The position numbers were made by a program, and so were the translations under genes. Shown in pieces: positions 38,175-49,796 of a stretch of 64,000 bases of DNA; positions within the stretch are counted from its first letter, which is position 1, and each line of letters opens with the position of its first letter. The notes under the pieces are model-generated. The model worked only from the letters and a program-made list of their open reading frames with translations. It did no database searches and was not told the DNA's origin. The stretch spans positions 1 through 64,000 of the forward strand of contig JAHCIT010000011.1 in the NCBI GenBank assembly GCA_026129095.1. Reading direction: 5' to 3'. The DNA is from Deltaproteobacteria bacterium (lineage in GTDB: Bacteria > JAGRBM01 > JAHCIT01).

Positions 38175-40630
38175 CCCGGAGGGGTGCTGCCGTCGCGGAG
38201 GCTCTTGAGCGCCTGGAGCAGTTCGTCCGCCGACTGGAACCGGTCCTCCGGTTTCTTGGCGAGCAGCTTCAGGACGATCCAGGCCATGACGGGTGTAAGA
38301 TCACTGCGGTGCAGGCGGGGGTCAGGCGGCATGGTGTGATTGTGGTGATAGCCGATGTCGCCTTCGGTGAACGGCGGCCGGTTGCAGAAAAGCTCGAACA
38401 GGACCGCACCGAATGAATAGAGGTCGCACCGGGCGTCCAGCTCGCCCCCCCGGACCTGCTCCGGCGCCATGTAGTACGGCGTTCCGGAAATCCGGGTGCG
38501 GACCTTGCCCAGCTCGTTCATGGCCCTGGCAAGGCCGAAATCGAGCAGCATCACCTTCTTTTCCGTGGTCCAGAGGAGGTTCGACGGCTTGAGATCCCGG
38601 TGAATGAGTTTCCGGCTGTGCGCGTGCGACAGGGCTCCGGCCACCTGCTGCGCGATATTGATGACCCCGGGAACGGATATCTTCTTTTTCCGGAGTACCT
38701 TGTCGAACGCCTCGCCCTCGATGAACTCCATGACGATGAAATATCCGCGTTCGTCCTCGCCGCAGTCGTAAACATGGACGATGTTCGGGTGTGAAAGCTG
38801 CGCCGTCGCCCTCGCCTCGTCAATGAAGAACTTGGCAGCCTCCGGATGGGACTTGAGGTCCGTCGGCATCATCTTGTAGGCCACTGCCCGGTTCAGCACC
38901 GTATCGAACGCCCGGTACACAACCCCCATGCCGCCGGCGCCCACTTCCTTTTCCAGACGGTAACGGCCGGTGCTGCGATTCACCGCCTGAATGTCGAGCT
39001 GGGTACGTCCGTCGGGCGGGATGGGGCCGGAAGCCGCTGTCCCGGCACCAGAGGGTGCCACATCGGAAAGCCGGACCGATGCCTCCTGGGATGCAGCCAC
39101 CCGCTGCCCGCCGGATGGCTGCGGGGAAGCCTCTGCCTGCCGCTGGACGCGGAGCAGCCGGTCCTTCACATCCTTGTAATCGTATGCCTCGGCAACGATC
39201 TGCTCGAAAATATCGGCAGCCTTCCTGAACTCGCCTGCCTTCTCCAGCAGCGTCGCCAGCATGTAGTAACTGCCAGAGGTTTCCCGGCTGACCTTGACGC
39301 CCTGAAGCGACCGCTCCAGCGAACGGATGCCCATGGCGTGGTCACCCTTGCTCACGAACAGCTCGGCCAGCAGCGTGCGCGAATCGCGGAAATCGGGAGA
39401 GTCCTCGGTCACCTGCTGGGCCAGCGAGATCGCCTTGTCCACCCTGCCCTGCTGGAAATGGATCCGGGCCGCCTCCAGCGGCCGGCCCGCCTTTTCCAGC
39501 ACCGCCGCCTGGCGCGTCACGTCGCCCGCCTGCTGCCACGCGTGGGCGGCCTCCCGGTAGTAGGAGAGCTTTTCAAAGTCCATTGCCGCCCGTTTCCACT
39601 CGCCGAGACTGGCCCAGAGCTCTGCGGCCCTGGCGAAATCCCCCGCCTTTTCGAAATTTTCCGCCGCTTTCTCCGGTTGCTGAAGCTGTACGTAGATTTC
39701 GCCGGCCTGCAGTTCCTCACCGGCCTCGGCATACCAGCGGGCAGCTTCGATCAGTTCGCCCCGCTTGTCGGCACCCGTTGCGCGCTGGAGGGCGGCCGCC
39801 TGCTTCTCGCCGAGCCTGTCGTAAATGCCGGCTGCGGCCTCGTGCTCGCCTCCCTGGGCGCAGGCTTCGGCAAGCGCCGCCGTGGGCTTCACCTTCCCCT
39901 CGGATGCGATTTGCGCGGCGAGCCTGAACAGATCGAACTTGAGGGCGAGGTCCACACCCTGCTGATGAAGGTTGTTCTGCATGTAAACCTTGCAGATTCG
40001 TTTCACCGTTGTGACTGTATCGGCAGGAAACGGCGACCCGGGGATGTGGCCGGTCAGCTGCTTGCGGAGATCGGTTTCGAGTTCCTTCGCCTGCTTGACG
40101 GAAAGCGTCTTGGACGTCTTGAGCGCAACGGAAGCCATCGTCTCAAGGCCTGCCTTGCGATAATCGTCCGCCGCCTCATGGGTGAGATTGGCCTTCTCCA
40201 GAACCTCTGCCGCCCGCAGGTGATCACCCGCCTTGCGGAACGCCGCCGCCGAGCCCCGGGGATCCCTGTCCTTCAGCAGTTCGCCCAGATCCTTCCAGAG
40301 GGAATTGTCCGTCAGCAGCTTGCGGGCCTGCTCCAGCTTGTCGCGTTTCAGCAGCAACCGCGCCGCATCGCCATACAGACCATGTTTCTTGTAGAGCGAT
40401 ATCGCCTCGTCGTATTCCTCAAGCTGCTCCATCAACATCCCGGCATTCTGGTAGTTGCCGATCTTGATCGCCGTCCTGATCTCCTTCCGGATCTGCTTGC
40501 GGAAATTGCCCTTGCCGCCGCTGGACAGTGCGCCGAGTATCTTGCGGACGATGAACAGGAGGACCACGACCACCAGCGCGAGGCGCGCAACGGGCGAATC
40601 AAGCTGCCGGATGATGGCATCCACGTTCAC
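38147..40630 (-). CDS. Membrane-anchored helical-repeat Ser/Thr protein kinase
   Basis: N-terminal TM, long TPR-like region, C-terminal Hanks kinase (GAGGMG, VAYK, HRDLKPSN, DFG, APE). Confidence 0.92.
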   Translation of the reverse strand: MNVDAIIRQLDSPVARLALVVVVLLFIVRKILGALSSGGKGNFRKQIRKEIRTAIKIGNYQNAGMLMEQLEEYDEAISLYKKHGLYGDAARLLLKRDKLEQARKLLTDNSLWKDLGELLKDRDPRGSAAAFRKAGDHLRAAEVLEKANLTHEAADDYRKAGLETMASVALKTSKTLSVKQAKELETDLRKQLTGHIPGSPFPADTVTTVKRICKVYMQNNLHQQGVDLALKFDLFRLAAQIASEGKVKPTAALAEACAQGGEHEAAAGIYDRLGEKQAAALQRATGADKRGELIEAARWYAEAGEELQAGEIYVQLQQPEKAAENFEKAGDFARAAELWASLGEWKRAAMDFEKLSYYREAAHAWQQAGDVTRQAAVLEKAGRPLEAARIHFQQGRVDKAISLAQQVTEDSPDFRDSRTLLAELFVSKGDHAMGIRSLERSLQGVKVSRETSGSYYMLATLLEKAGEFRKAADIFEQIVAEAYDYKDVKDRLLRVQRQAEASPQPSGGQRVAASQEASVRLSDVAPSGAGTAASGPIPPDGRTQLDIQAVNRSTGRYRLEKEVGAGGMGVVYRAFDTVLNRAVAYKMMPTDLKSHPEAAKFFIDEARATAQLSHPNIVHVYDCGEDERGYFIVMEFIEGEAFDKVLRKKKISVPGVINIAQQVAGALSHAHSRKLIHRDLKPSNLLWTTEKKVMLLDFGLARAMNELGKVRTRISGTPYYMAPEQVRGGELDARCDLYSFGAVLFELFCNRPPFTEGDIGYHHNHTMPPDPRLHRSDLTPVMAWIVLKLLAKKPEDRFQSADELLQALKSLRDGSTPPGYVEPPAPG

Positions 40631-40666
40631 AGGCGGTAGTACCCTTTCTGAAGCATGACCGGTCCG

Positions 40667-41770
40667 TCAGCGCCCGTCCGCGCCCTTGCCCCCGAAAAAC
40701 ATGAGCATGCTGACCAGCATCACCACGATGATATTCTGGACCAATACAAGCCAACCGTACCCAAAAGTCAGGCGGGGGAGCAAGACAGCTCCGAAGCCGG
40801 TGACGATCTGGAGCAGGCACAGGAAAAGTACCGCCTCCGGAATGCTGAGTCCGATCCGCACAAGACGGTGGGAAAGGTGATTCCGGTCACCCTGATAGAC
40901 CGGCTGGCCATTACGCATCCGGATCACGATCACCGAGAAGGTATCGAACAGCGGAATTGCCAGCACCAGCAGCGGCATCAGGACCGCCAGCGAGAGCGGC
41001 TCGCCAATGGCAATATAGCTCTGGATCACAGTCATGGATCCGAGGAAAAACCCGATCAGCAGCGACCCGGCATCTCCAAGATAGATCGATGCCCGGTGCC
41101 AGTTGAACGGGATAAAACCGGATATGGTTCCGGCAAAAACCGCCAGTAGGCTCGCCACCAGCCACTGCCCGAGCGAGAACGCGACGATCCAGAAACAGAT
41201 GGATGATATGACGGCGATGGCGGAGGAAAGACCGTCCATGTTGTCCAGCAGGTTGAAGGCGTTTGTGATGCCAACGATCCACAGGAACGTCACCAGATGA
41301 TCGAGGCCGGGAAGATTGAAGATTTCGATGTGCACACCGCTCAGCACCACCAGAAGCGCGGCCAGCGACTGCCCGGCAAGCTTTGCCCAGACGGGAAAGG
41401 CTGCCCCCTTCCAGTCATCCAGCAGCCCGGTCACGAAAATAACAGTCATTCCGGCCGCCAGCGCCAGCAGGACGGTAGCCCGCTCGGCCACGGGGCGCGG
41501 CGCCAGTTTTTCCAGCGAAATGAACTGGCCGCTCAGGGAACGCCCGGTTTCCGTTCCCAGCCCGAACACCGCGAGCAGGAACGCGCCCAGAAGTCCGGCA
41601 AACACCGCCGCTCCTCCCAGGTACGGCACCGGCTTTTGCTGGAGCTTCCGCCCGCCGGGACGGTCAACGAGATCCGTTTTCGTGGCGATCTGGCGGAACA
41701 GCGGCACAAGTGCGCCGCACAGGACAAACCCGAAACCGAACAGCAGCGCCTGTAGCCAGACCAGCTTCAC
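40667..41770 (-). CDS. MraY/WecA-family undecaprenyl-phosphate sugar-1-phosphate transferase
   Basis: GLLDD, NAFNLLDNMDGL, YLGDAGS, DRNHLSHRL; multi-TM. Confidence 0.92.
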   Translation of the reverse strand: MKLVWLQALLFGFGFVLCGALVPLFRQIATKTDLVDRPGGRKLQQKPVPYLGGAAVFAGLLGAFLLAVFGLGTETGRSLSGQFISLEKLAPRPVAERATVLLALAAGMTVIFVTGLLDDWKGAAFPVWAKLAGQSLAALLVVLSGVHIEIFNLPGLDHLVTFLWIVGITNAFNLLDNMDGLSSAIAVISSICFWIVAFSLGQWLVASLLAVFAGTISGFIPFNWHRASIYLGDAGSLLIGFFLGSMTVIQSYIAIGEPLSLAVLMPLLVLAIPLFDTFSVIVIRMRNGQPVYQGDRNHLSHRLVRIGLSIPEAVLFLCLLQIVTGFGAVLLPRLTFGYGWLVLVQNIIVVMLVSMLMFFGGKGADGR

Positions 41771-42786
41771 GGTGCGGGTGTCCCTGTCTCCTTCAGGCTG
41801 GCGATAATGCGGGCGAGTATCGAATCCAGCCCGTGACGGGGCTCGTAGCCGGTAAGGCCCCGGATTTTTGAAAGGTCCGGAACCCGGCGGCGCATGTCCT
41901 CAAACCCTTCGGTTCCGGCGAACGCAAGGTCATAGGGGATCATCCTGATTTCGGATTTCGACCCCGTGAGCGCCACGACCCGCCGGGCAAGCTCCAGTAT
42001 GGTGATTTCGTCCTTCCCGCCGACATTGAATACCTGGCCGAAGGCCCGCGGCTCCTCAATCAGCTTCTGCAGCGCCGATACGGCATCCGAGACGTCGCAG
42101 AAGGTCCGGCTCTGCTGCCCGTCACCGTGAACGAGCAGCGGCTTTCCCTCGAGGGCCGCCGACACGAACCGGGGAATCACCATCCCGTAGCGGCCCACCT
42201 GCCGGGGCCCCACCGTATTGAACAGCCGGACAATCACGGCCTTCACGCCCTGCGTCCGGACATGGGCCAGCGCCAGGAACTCATCGAGCGCTTTCGTGCA
42301 GGCATAGCTCCAGCGGGTGAGCGACGTGGCACCGACCACCGAATCATCGTCCTCCGAAAGCGGCACCTTTGGGTTCTTGCCGTAGACCTCGGACGTGGAG
42401 GTGATGAGCAGCGGCACCCCGTACTTGCGAACGGCTTCCAGAACGATCCGTGTTCCGTCCACGTTGGTCGTGATGGTCTCAACGGGATGCTCAAGGATGT
42501 ACCGCACACCCACGGCAGCGGCCAGATGGAACACCCGTCCCGCCCTGCCCACCAGCGAATCGACGAGGGCCTCGTCCAGAACGGACCCGGAAATCAGCGA
42601 AAACTCCGGATGCTGCCGCAGGTGCGCGACATTTGCCGCCGCACCGGTGGACAGGTTGTCCAGGGCAGTCACCGAATGCCCCGCCGCGAGCATCTGCTCG
42701 GCCAGATGGGAACCGATGAAGCCGGCCCCGCCAGTGATCAGGATGTGTTTGCCCAAAAAAGCTCCCGGCCCCTCAGCCCGCGCCAA
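41767..42786 (-). CDS. NAD-dependent nucleotide-sugar epimerase/dehydratase
   Basis: TGGAGFIGSH, STSEVYG, YACTK, RLFNTVGPRQ. Start uncertain. Confidence 0.92.
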   Translation of the reverse strand: MARAEGPGAFLGKHILITGGAGFIGSHLAEQMLAAGHSVTALDNLSTGAAANVAHLRQHPEFSLISGSVLDEALVDSLVGRAGRVFHLAAAVGVRYILEHPVETITTNVDGTRIVLEAVRKYGVPLLITSTSEVYGKNPKVPLSEDDDSVVGATSLTRWSYACTKALDEFLALAHVRTQGVKAVIVRLFNTVGPRQVGRYGMVIPRFVSAALEGKPLLVHGDGQQSRTFCDVSDAVSALQKLIEEPRAFGQVFNVGGKDEITILELARRVVALTGSKSEIRMIPYDLAFAGTEGFEDMRRRVPDLSKIRGLTGYEPRHGLDSILARIIASLKETGTPAP

Positions 42787-42843
42787 AGTAACAGTCCACG
42801 AGATACAGGAAACGGAGTGATTCTAGCCGGTTATGAAGTTGGC

Positions 42844-42883
42844 GAAAAGCGAAACCCCTTCCCGGTGTCAGGAAAGGGGTTCC
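42844..42883 (-). terminator. Intrinsic terminator after ahcY
   Basis: Minus strand AACCCCTTTCC-loop-GGAAGGGGTT followed by TCGCTTTT. Confidence 0.6.
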
Positions 42884-42914
42884 ATGCCGTCTGGGCCGTT
42901 CCGGAACGGAACGA

Positions 42915-45373
<2,459 letters not shown>

Positions 45374-45504
45374 AATTGTGTCTACCTCTTGATATGCCGC
45401 CGCAGGATTCCCTGCGGGCCAGTTACCGGGACTGGAGGCCGCGTCAGGGCTCCGGTCCCGTGTTTATCCTATCTGATGCTGATAATCGCCGCGCCGGTTG
45501 CTGT

Positions 45505-46701
45505 TCAGGCCCGCCGGGCCGTCTTCATCGAACGGGCGGCAAGGTTTTTCAGTTCGGCCGCCTTGTCGGTTTTTTCCCATGTAAATGCCGTTCCGGTCCG
45601 GCCGAAATGGCCATTGGCCGCCGTCTCCGAGTAAACCGGCCGCAGAAGCCTGAGATGCTCAATGAGAGCCCGTGGCCTGAGCGGGAACACCTGCCGCACC
45701 AGGTCAGCCAGCTCACCGTCGTCGATCGCGCCGGTTCCGAATGTCTCGACCAGAACCGACACCGGCTCGGCGACGCCGATGGCATAGGCCACCTGGACCT
45801 CACACTTGGCCGCCAGTCCCGCCGCAACGATATTCTTGGCGATGTAACGGCACATGTAGGCCGCTGAACGGTCCACTTTTGAGGGATCCTTCCCGCTGAA
45901 GGCACCTCCGCCATGACGGCTCCAGCCGCCATAAGTGTCCACGATGATCTTTCGCCCGGTAACGCCGCAGTCGCCCATCGGGCCGCCCACCACGAACTTG
46001 CCAGTCGGGTTGATGAAATACTTGGTCCGCTTGTCCAGCAGCTTTGTCGGCACGACCGGCCTGACCACTGTTTCCATCACCAGCTCCTTGAGCTGCTTCT
46101 GGCTGATATCCTCTGCGTGCTGGGTCGAGACCACAACAGTATCCACCCGGAAGGGCACGCCGTCCCGGTACTCGACCGTCACCTGGGATTTCCCGTCGGG
46201 ACGGAGCTTGGAATGCCGGTCACCCTTGCGGACACTGGTCAGTTTTGCCGTGAGCGCATGGGCGAGCTCTATCGGCATCGGCATCAGCGCCTTCGTCTCG
46301 TTGATCGCATATCCGAACATCAGGCCCTGATCGCCGGCGCCCTGCTCCTTCGACTGGCTGGTGTGCTCATCGACGCCGAGCGCAATGTCCGGGCTCTGCT
46401 GCTCGACCGCGACCAGGATCGCGCAGGTCTTCCCGTCAAAGCCCATGTCGCTGTGCGTGTACCCGATCTCGCAGACGGTCTGCCGGACCAGCTTGTGGTA
46501 GTCCACCTGCGCCCGCGACGTGATCTCCCCCGCGACAATCACCAGCCCCGTCTTGACCAGCGTCTCGCACGCCACACGGGCCTTCTGGTCCTTTGCCAGA
46601 TGTGCGTCCAGCACGGCATCCGAGATGCGGTCGCACATCTTGTCCGGGTGGCCTTCGGTGACTGACTCGGAGGTGAACAGGAAGTCGCGGTTGGAGCTCA
46701 T
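45505..46701 (-). CDS. metK: S-adenosylmethionine synthetase
   Basis: [28 protein letters not shown]. Confidence 0.98.
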   Translation of the reverse strand: MSSNRDFLFTSESVTEGHPDKMCDRISDAVLDAHLAKDQKARVACETLVKTGLVIVAGEITSRAQVDYHKLVRQTVCEIGYTHSDMGFDGKTCAILVAVEQQSPDIALGVDEHTSQSKEQGAGDQGLMFGYAINETKALMPMPIELAHALTAKLTSVRKGDRHSKLRPDGKSQVTVEYRDGVPFRVDTVVVSTQHAEDISQKQLKELVMETVVRPVVPTKLLDKRTKYFINPTGKFVVGGPMGDCGVTGRKIIVDTYGGWSRHGGGAFSGKDPSKVDRSAAYMCRYIAKNIVAAGLAAKCEVQVAYAIGVAEPVSVLVETFGTGAIDDGELADLVRQVFPLRPRALIEHLRLLRPVYSETAANGHFGRTGTAFTWEKTDKAAELKNLAARSMKTARRA

Positions 46702-46794
46702 CGTATATTTCCCCTAGGGATTTCCGATGCTTCCAGCTAGAGTGGAAGCGGCCTGTTGAGGCGCCTTTCGGGTGTCCCTCCTCAAGGCGCGCCG

Positions 46795-46823
46795 ATGCTA
46801 GGTGCATGGGCATAGCGAGTCAA
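46795..46823 (-). promoter_or_regulatory. Sigma70-type promoter of metK
   Basis: TTGACT (46823-46818), 17-nt spacer, TAGCAT (46800-46795). Confidence 0.65.
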
Positions 46824-46836
46824 CGGATCTGACGGC

Positions 46837-48075
46837 ATGACATCGGAACCGACAAACGAAACGAATGTTCCCGCCCCGGTCGAGATACGGATCGGCGTGG
46901 AACAGCATCAGGAACCGCCGCTTCGTATGCAACGTAGGGCGTTTTTGGTCGTGTTCGCCGCGCTGGGCGCAGTGCTGGGCATCTGGTTCCTGAGGCCCTT
47001 CGCCCCTCCACTGGTTTTCGCGGCCGTTTTCGCCGTTCTCCTGTGGCCCGTACACGACTGGTTCCAGCGGAGGATGGGGGCCGGACCGGTGCTGGCCGCC
47101 ACCGGCGCGGTCATTGTGGCGCATCTGACAGTACTTCTGCCGTTTACCGTGGTGGCGACATTTACCATCCAGCAGCTGACGGGGCTCATCCAGCGGGGCA
47201 TTATCGACACCGTTGAAATGGAGACCTATCTCATCCGGATCGAGGCCCTCATCCACGAAACGTTCAGTACCGACGTCGATATCATCGGTTTCGTTGTCAG
47301 CCAGTGGCAAAAGATCGCGGCCGAGAGCACTCGTGTCATCTCCGGCATCCTGGGAGGCTTCGCCATCCTCCTGTTCCAGTACATTATCGCCGTCGTATTC
47401 GTTTTTTATCTCCTGATACGGGGTCAGGCGCTGGTGAACCTGGTGGTTGAGATATCACCGCTGGGCTCGGACGTGAACCGCCGGATTCTTGACCGTTTCG
47501 GGGAGACAAGCCGCGCCGTGCTCTGGGGGACTCTCGTCACCATTACCGCGCAAGGCTTCATCGGAACGCTGGGGCTCATTTTCGGCGGCGTCGAGAACGC
47601 TGTTCTCTGGGGCGTCGTGATGACGTTCGCCGCCCTGGTCCCGGTGTTCGGCACGACCCTCGTCTGGGGGCCAGCCTGTCTCTATATGTTCATGAACGGC
47701 CATGTGGGGTCAGGCATCGTCATCCTTGTCTTCGGCGCCATCGCCAGCACGATCGACAACATCATCCGCCCACTGATCGTCGGCGGAGCCACGACCGTTC
47801 CCACCCTCTGGATACTCATCGCCATTCTGGGCGGCATCGTCACGCTGGGGCCCATGGGCGTGATCCTCGGTCCCGCCCTTCTTGCGGTCTTCGTCGAGTG
47901 CATCGACATCTACCGCGAAGAGTTCCTCGGCTATCCGCGCAAGAGGCCACGCGCCGGCCCCCGCTTCCGCGACCTCTCCGTCCCCGACGGCCGGATTCCT
48001 GATCTCAAAAAATTAAAACCCAACCCCGCCCCGGCGGCAGAAGAAACCCCTGGCAGCGAAGCCGCCGCCAAGTAA
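46837..48075 (+). CDS. AI-2E family transporter
   Basis: Multi-TM; PVFGTTLVWGP, DNIIRP, GVILGP motifs. Confidence 0.9.
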   Translation: MTSEPTNETNVPAPVEIRIGVEQHQEPPLRMQRRAFLVVFAALGAVLGIWFLRPFAPPLVFAAVFAVLLWPVHDWFQRRMGAGPVLAATGAVIVAHLTVLLPFTVVATFTIQQLTGLIQRGIIDTVEMETYLIRIEALIHETFSTDVDIIGFVVSQWQKIAAESTRVISGILGGFAILLFQYIIAVVFVFYLLIRGQALVNLVVEISPLGSDVNRRILDRFGETSRAVLWGTLVTITAQGFIGTLGLIFGGVENAVLWGVVMTFAALVPVFGTTLVWGPACLYMFMNGHVGSGIVILVFGAIASTIDNIIRPLIVGGATTVPTLWILIAILGGIVTLGPMGVILGPALLAVFVECIDIYREEFLGYPRKRPRAGPRFRDLSVPDGRIPDLKKLKPNPAPAAEETPGSEAAAK

Positions 48076-48152
48076 CGGAGGCAGGCCCCGTTGCCTCTGT
48101 GCCCGCAGCGGTGCAATCAATGCCGCTCCTGCTACAAGGAGTACGCCACGCA

Positions 48153-48542
48153 ATGCCCAGTTCGAACACCGTCACCCGGGGAATCCGCGTCCATGTAGAG
48201 TCCGCCTACGCGCCGGACCTGTCGCTGCCAGAACAGCACAAGTGGTTTTTCCGCTATACCGTACAGGTATCCAACGAGGGACAGGAAACCGTCCAGCTCG
48301 TGAGCCGCCACTGGATCATCACGGACGCCGAAAGCCATGTGGAAGAGGTGAAAGGCCCCGGCGTGGTGGGTGAGCAGCCGGTCCTGAAACCCGGCGAGTC
48401 GTTTACCTACACTTCTGGCTGCCCGCTGGAAACGCCCTTCGGCTCCATGCACGGCACCTACCAGATGGTAACGAAGGCGGGAGAGCAGTTCGACGCCCAG
48501 ATCGCCCCATTCACCCTCGCCGAACCTATGTCGATCAACTGA
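48153..48542 (+). CDS. apaG: ApaG protein
   Basis: QLVSRHWIITD, GPGVVGEQP, YTSGCPL. AAGGAG SD precedes the ATG at 48153. Confidence 0.95.
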   Translation: MPSSNTVTRGIRVHVESAYAPDLSLPEQHKWFFRYTVQVSNEGQETVQLVSRHWIITDAESHVEEVKGPGVVGEQPVLKPGESFTYTSGCPLETPFGSMHGTYQMVTKAGEQFDAQIAPFTLAEPMSIN

Positions 48543-48548
48543 GAAGGC

Positions 48549-49727
48549 TCATGTCTTTCGCAGCGTAATGAGCGTGATCTCGCTCGGGCTCCCGGCGCGA
48601 TTCGGCGGTCCCCAGTATCCGGTCCCCCGGCTCACATAGATCGGCATGCCATCAATCCGGTGCAGCCCCGCACCCACCGGCTGGAAAAGAGTGATCAGGA
48701 ACGTCCAGGGGATGAACTGACCGCCGTGGGTATGCCCGGAGAGCTGAAGCTGGGCGCCAGCCCCGGCGGCGGCGAACGCGCTCCGGGGCTGGTGGGCAAG
48801 CATCAACTTGAAGCTGTCTTCCGGAGCCCCCTCAAGAGCCTTTGCCGGATCGGTGAGATGGGGCGGATAACGGTGGCTCGCACTATGATCGGTGGCACCG
48901 GCCACGGTGAGCTTTGCACGCCCATGCACGATTACCCGGTGCTCGTTGATGAGCGGGTCATAACCGATCCGCTCCATTTCACGTACCCAGCCCGGCGCGT
49001 CCCAGTAATATTCATGATTGCCGGTCACGTAGTAGAGCCCGTGCCGCGCGGTGATCCTGCCGAGCGGAGCCACGTGGTCCCTCAGCTGGTTCACATGGCC
49101 ATCGATCAGATCACCGGTATTGGCCACGAGGTCCGGCTTCAGCGAGTCGGTTACTTCGGCAACCGTTTCCGTGAAGGGGGCCCGGATCGTCGGACCCACA
49201 TGGATATCGGTCAGCAGCACGATCCGGAAACCGTCGAGGTCCTCATGCAGGCCCGGAAGCGGGATGTCCACTTCCACCACGTCCGGGCGGCGGCGGGCGG
49301 CATGAAACCCTGAGCCCGTCACAATGGCCGATGCGGCAATCACGCCGACGTTCACTGACCGGACCAGGGCAAGCCTGCGGGATGGCAGTTCCGGCGGCCC
49401 GGACTCCTCCGGCACGCCCTGGTCCCGCAGTTTCCGTATGGCAGCGGCCACTCCCCAGCCGAAATCAGCCAGGATCACCGCCGGCAGCAGCATCAGGAAG
49501 AAGCCGACATAGAGATACCCGGCCCATTGCACCAGTCCCATCCAGTCCGGCTTTTCCGGCACGCGGCCCAAGGCCATCGCCGCAGGACCGAGCATCAGCA
49601 GCGAACCCAGCAAAACACCCGCGACGATGTTCCACGGCCGGGCAAGCCGGGACCGGTGCAAAAGACGCCATCCCACATAAACATGAGCGATGAGCCAGAG
49701 CGTCCGGGTGACGGCAAAAAACGACAT
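48549..49727 (-). CDS. Membrane-bound metallophosphoesterase (YkuE/YaeI-like)
   Basis: DIH, GDLID, GNHE, SGHTHGGQ, SRGTGYWGPP; N-terminal TMs. Confidence 0.92.
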   Translation of the reverse strand: MSFFAVTRTLWLIAHVYVGWRLLHRSRLARPWNIVAGVLLGSLLMLGPAAMALGRVPEKPDWMGLVQWAGYLYVGFFLMLLPAVILADFGWGVAAAIRKLRDQGVPEESGPPELPSRRLALVRSVNVGVIAASAIVTGSGFHAARRRPDVVEVDIPLPGLHEDLDGFRIVLLTDIHVGPTIRAPFTETVAEVTDSLKPDLVANTGDLIDGHVNQLRDHVAPLGRITARHGLYYVTGNHEYYWDAPGWVREMERIGYDPLINEHRVIVHGRAKLTVAGATDHSASHRYPPHLTDPAKALEGAPEDSFKLMLAHQPRSAFAAAGAGAQLQLSGHTHGGQFIPWTFLITLFQPVGAGLHRIDGMPIYVSRGTGYWGPPNRAGSPSEITLITLRKT

Positions 49728-49796
49728 CCGTCAGGGGATACCCACGCGGCAGCCGGAATGCCAGCCGATTGCCCTGATAGCGGGAACTTCCGGTAT

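Noticed and set aside
3289..40639. Other long antisense ORFs (3289-4755, 13112-14206, 21022-22632, 33344-34792, 35408-36775, 38846-40639)
   Set aside because: Each mirrors a well-supported gene; stop-poor reverse frames are expected at this GC content.
45374..45400. TATCAAGAG before asd as the start of a SAM-I riboswitch
   Set aside because: It overlaps the SD just before the start codon, leaving no room for the aptamer.
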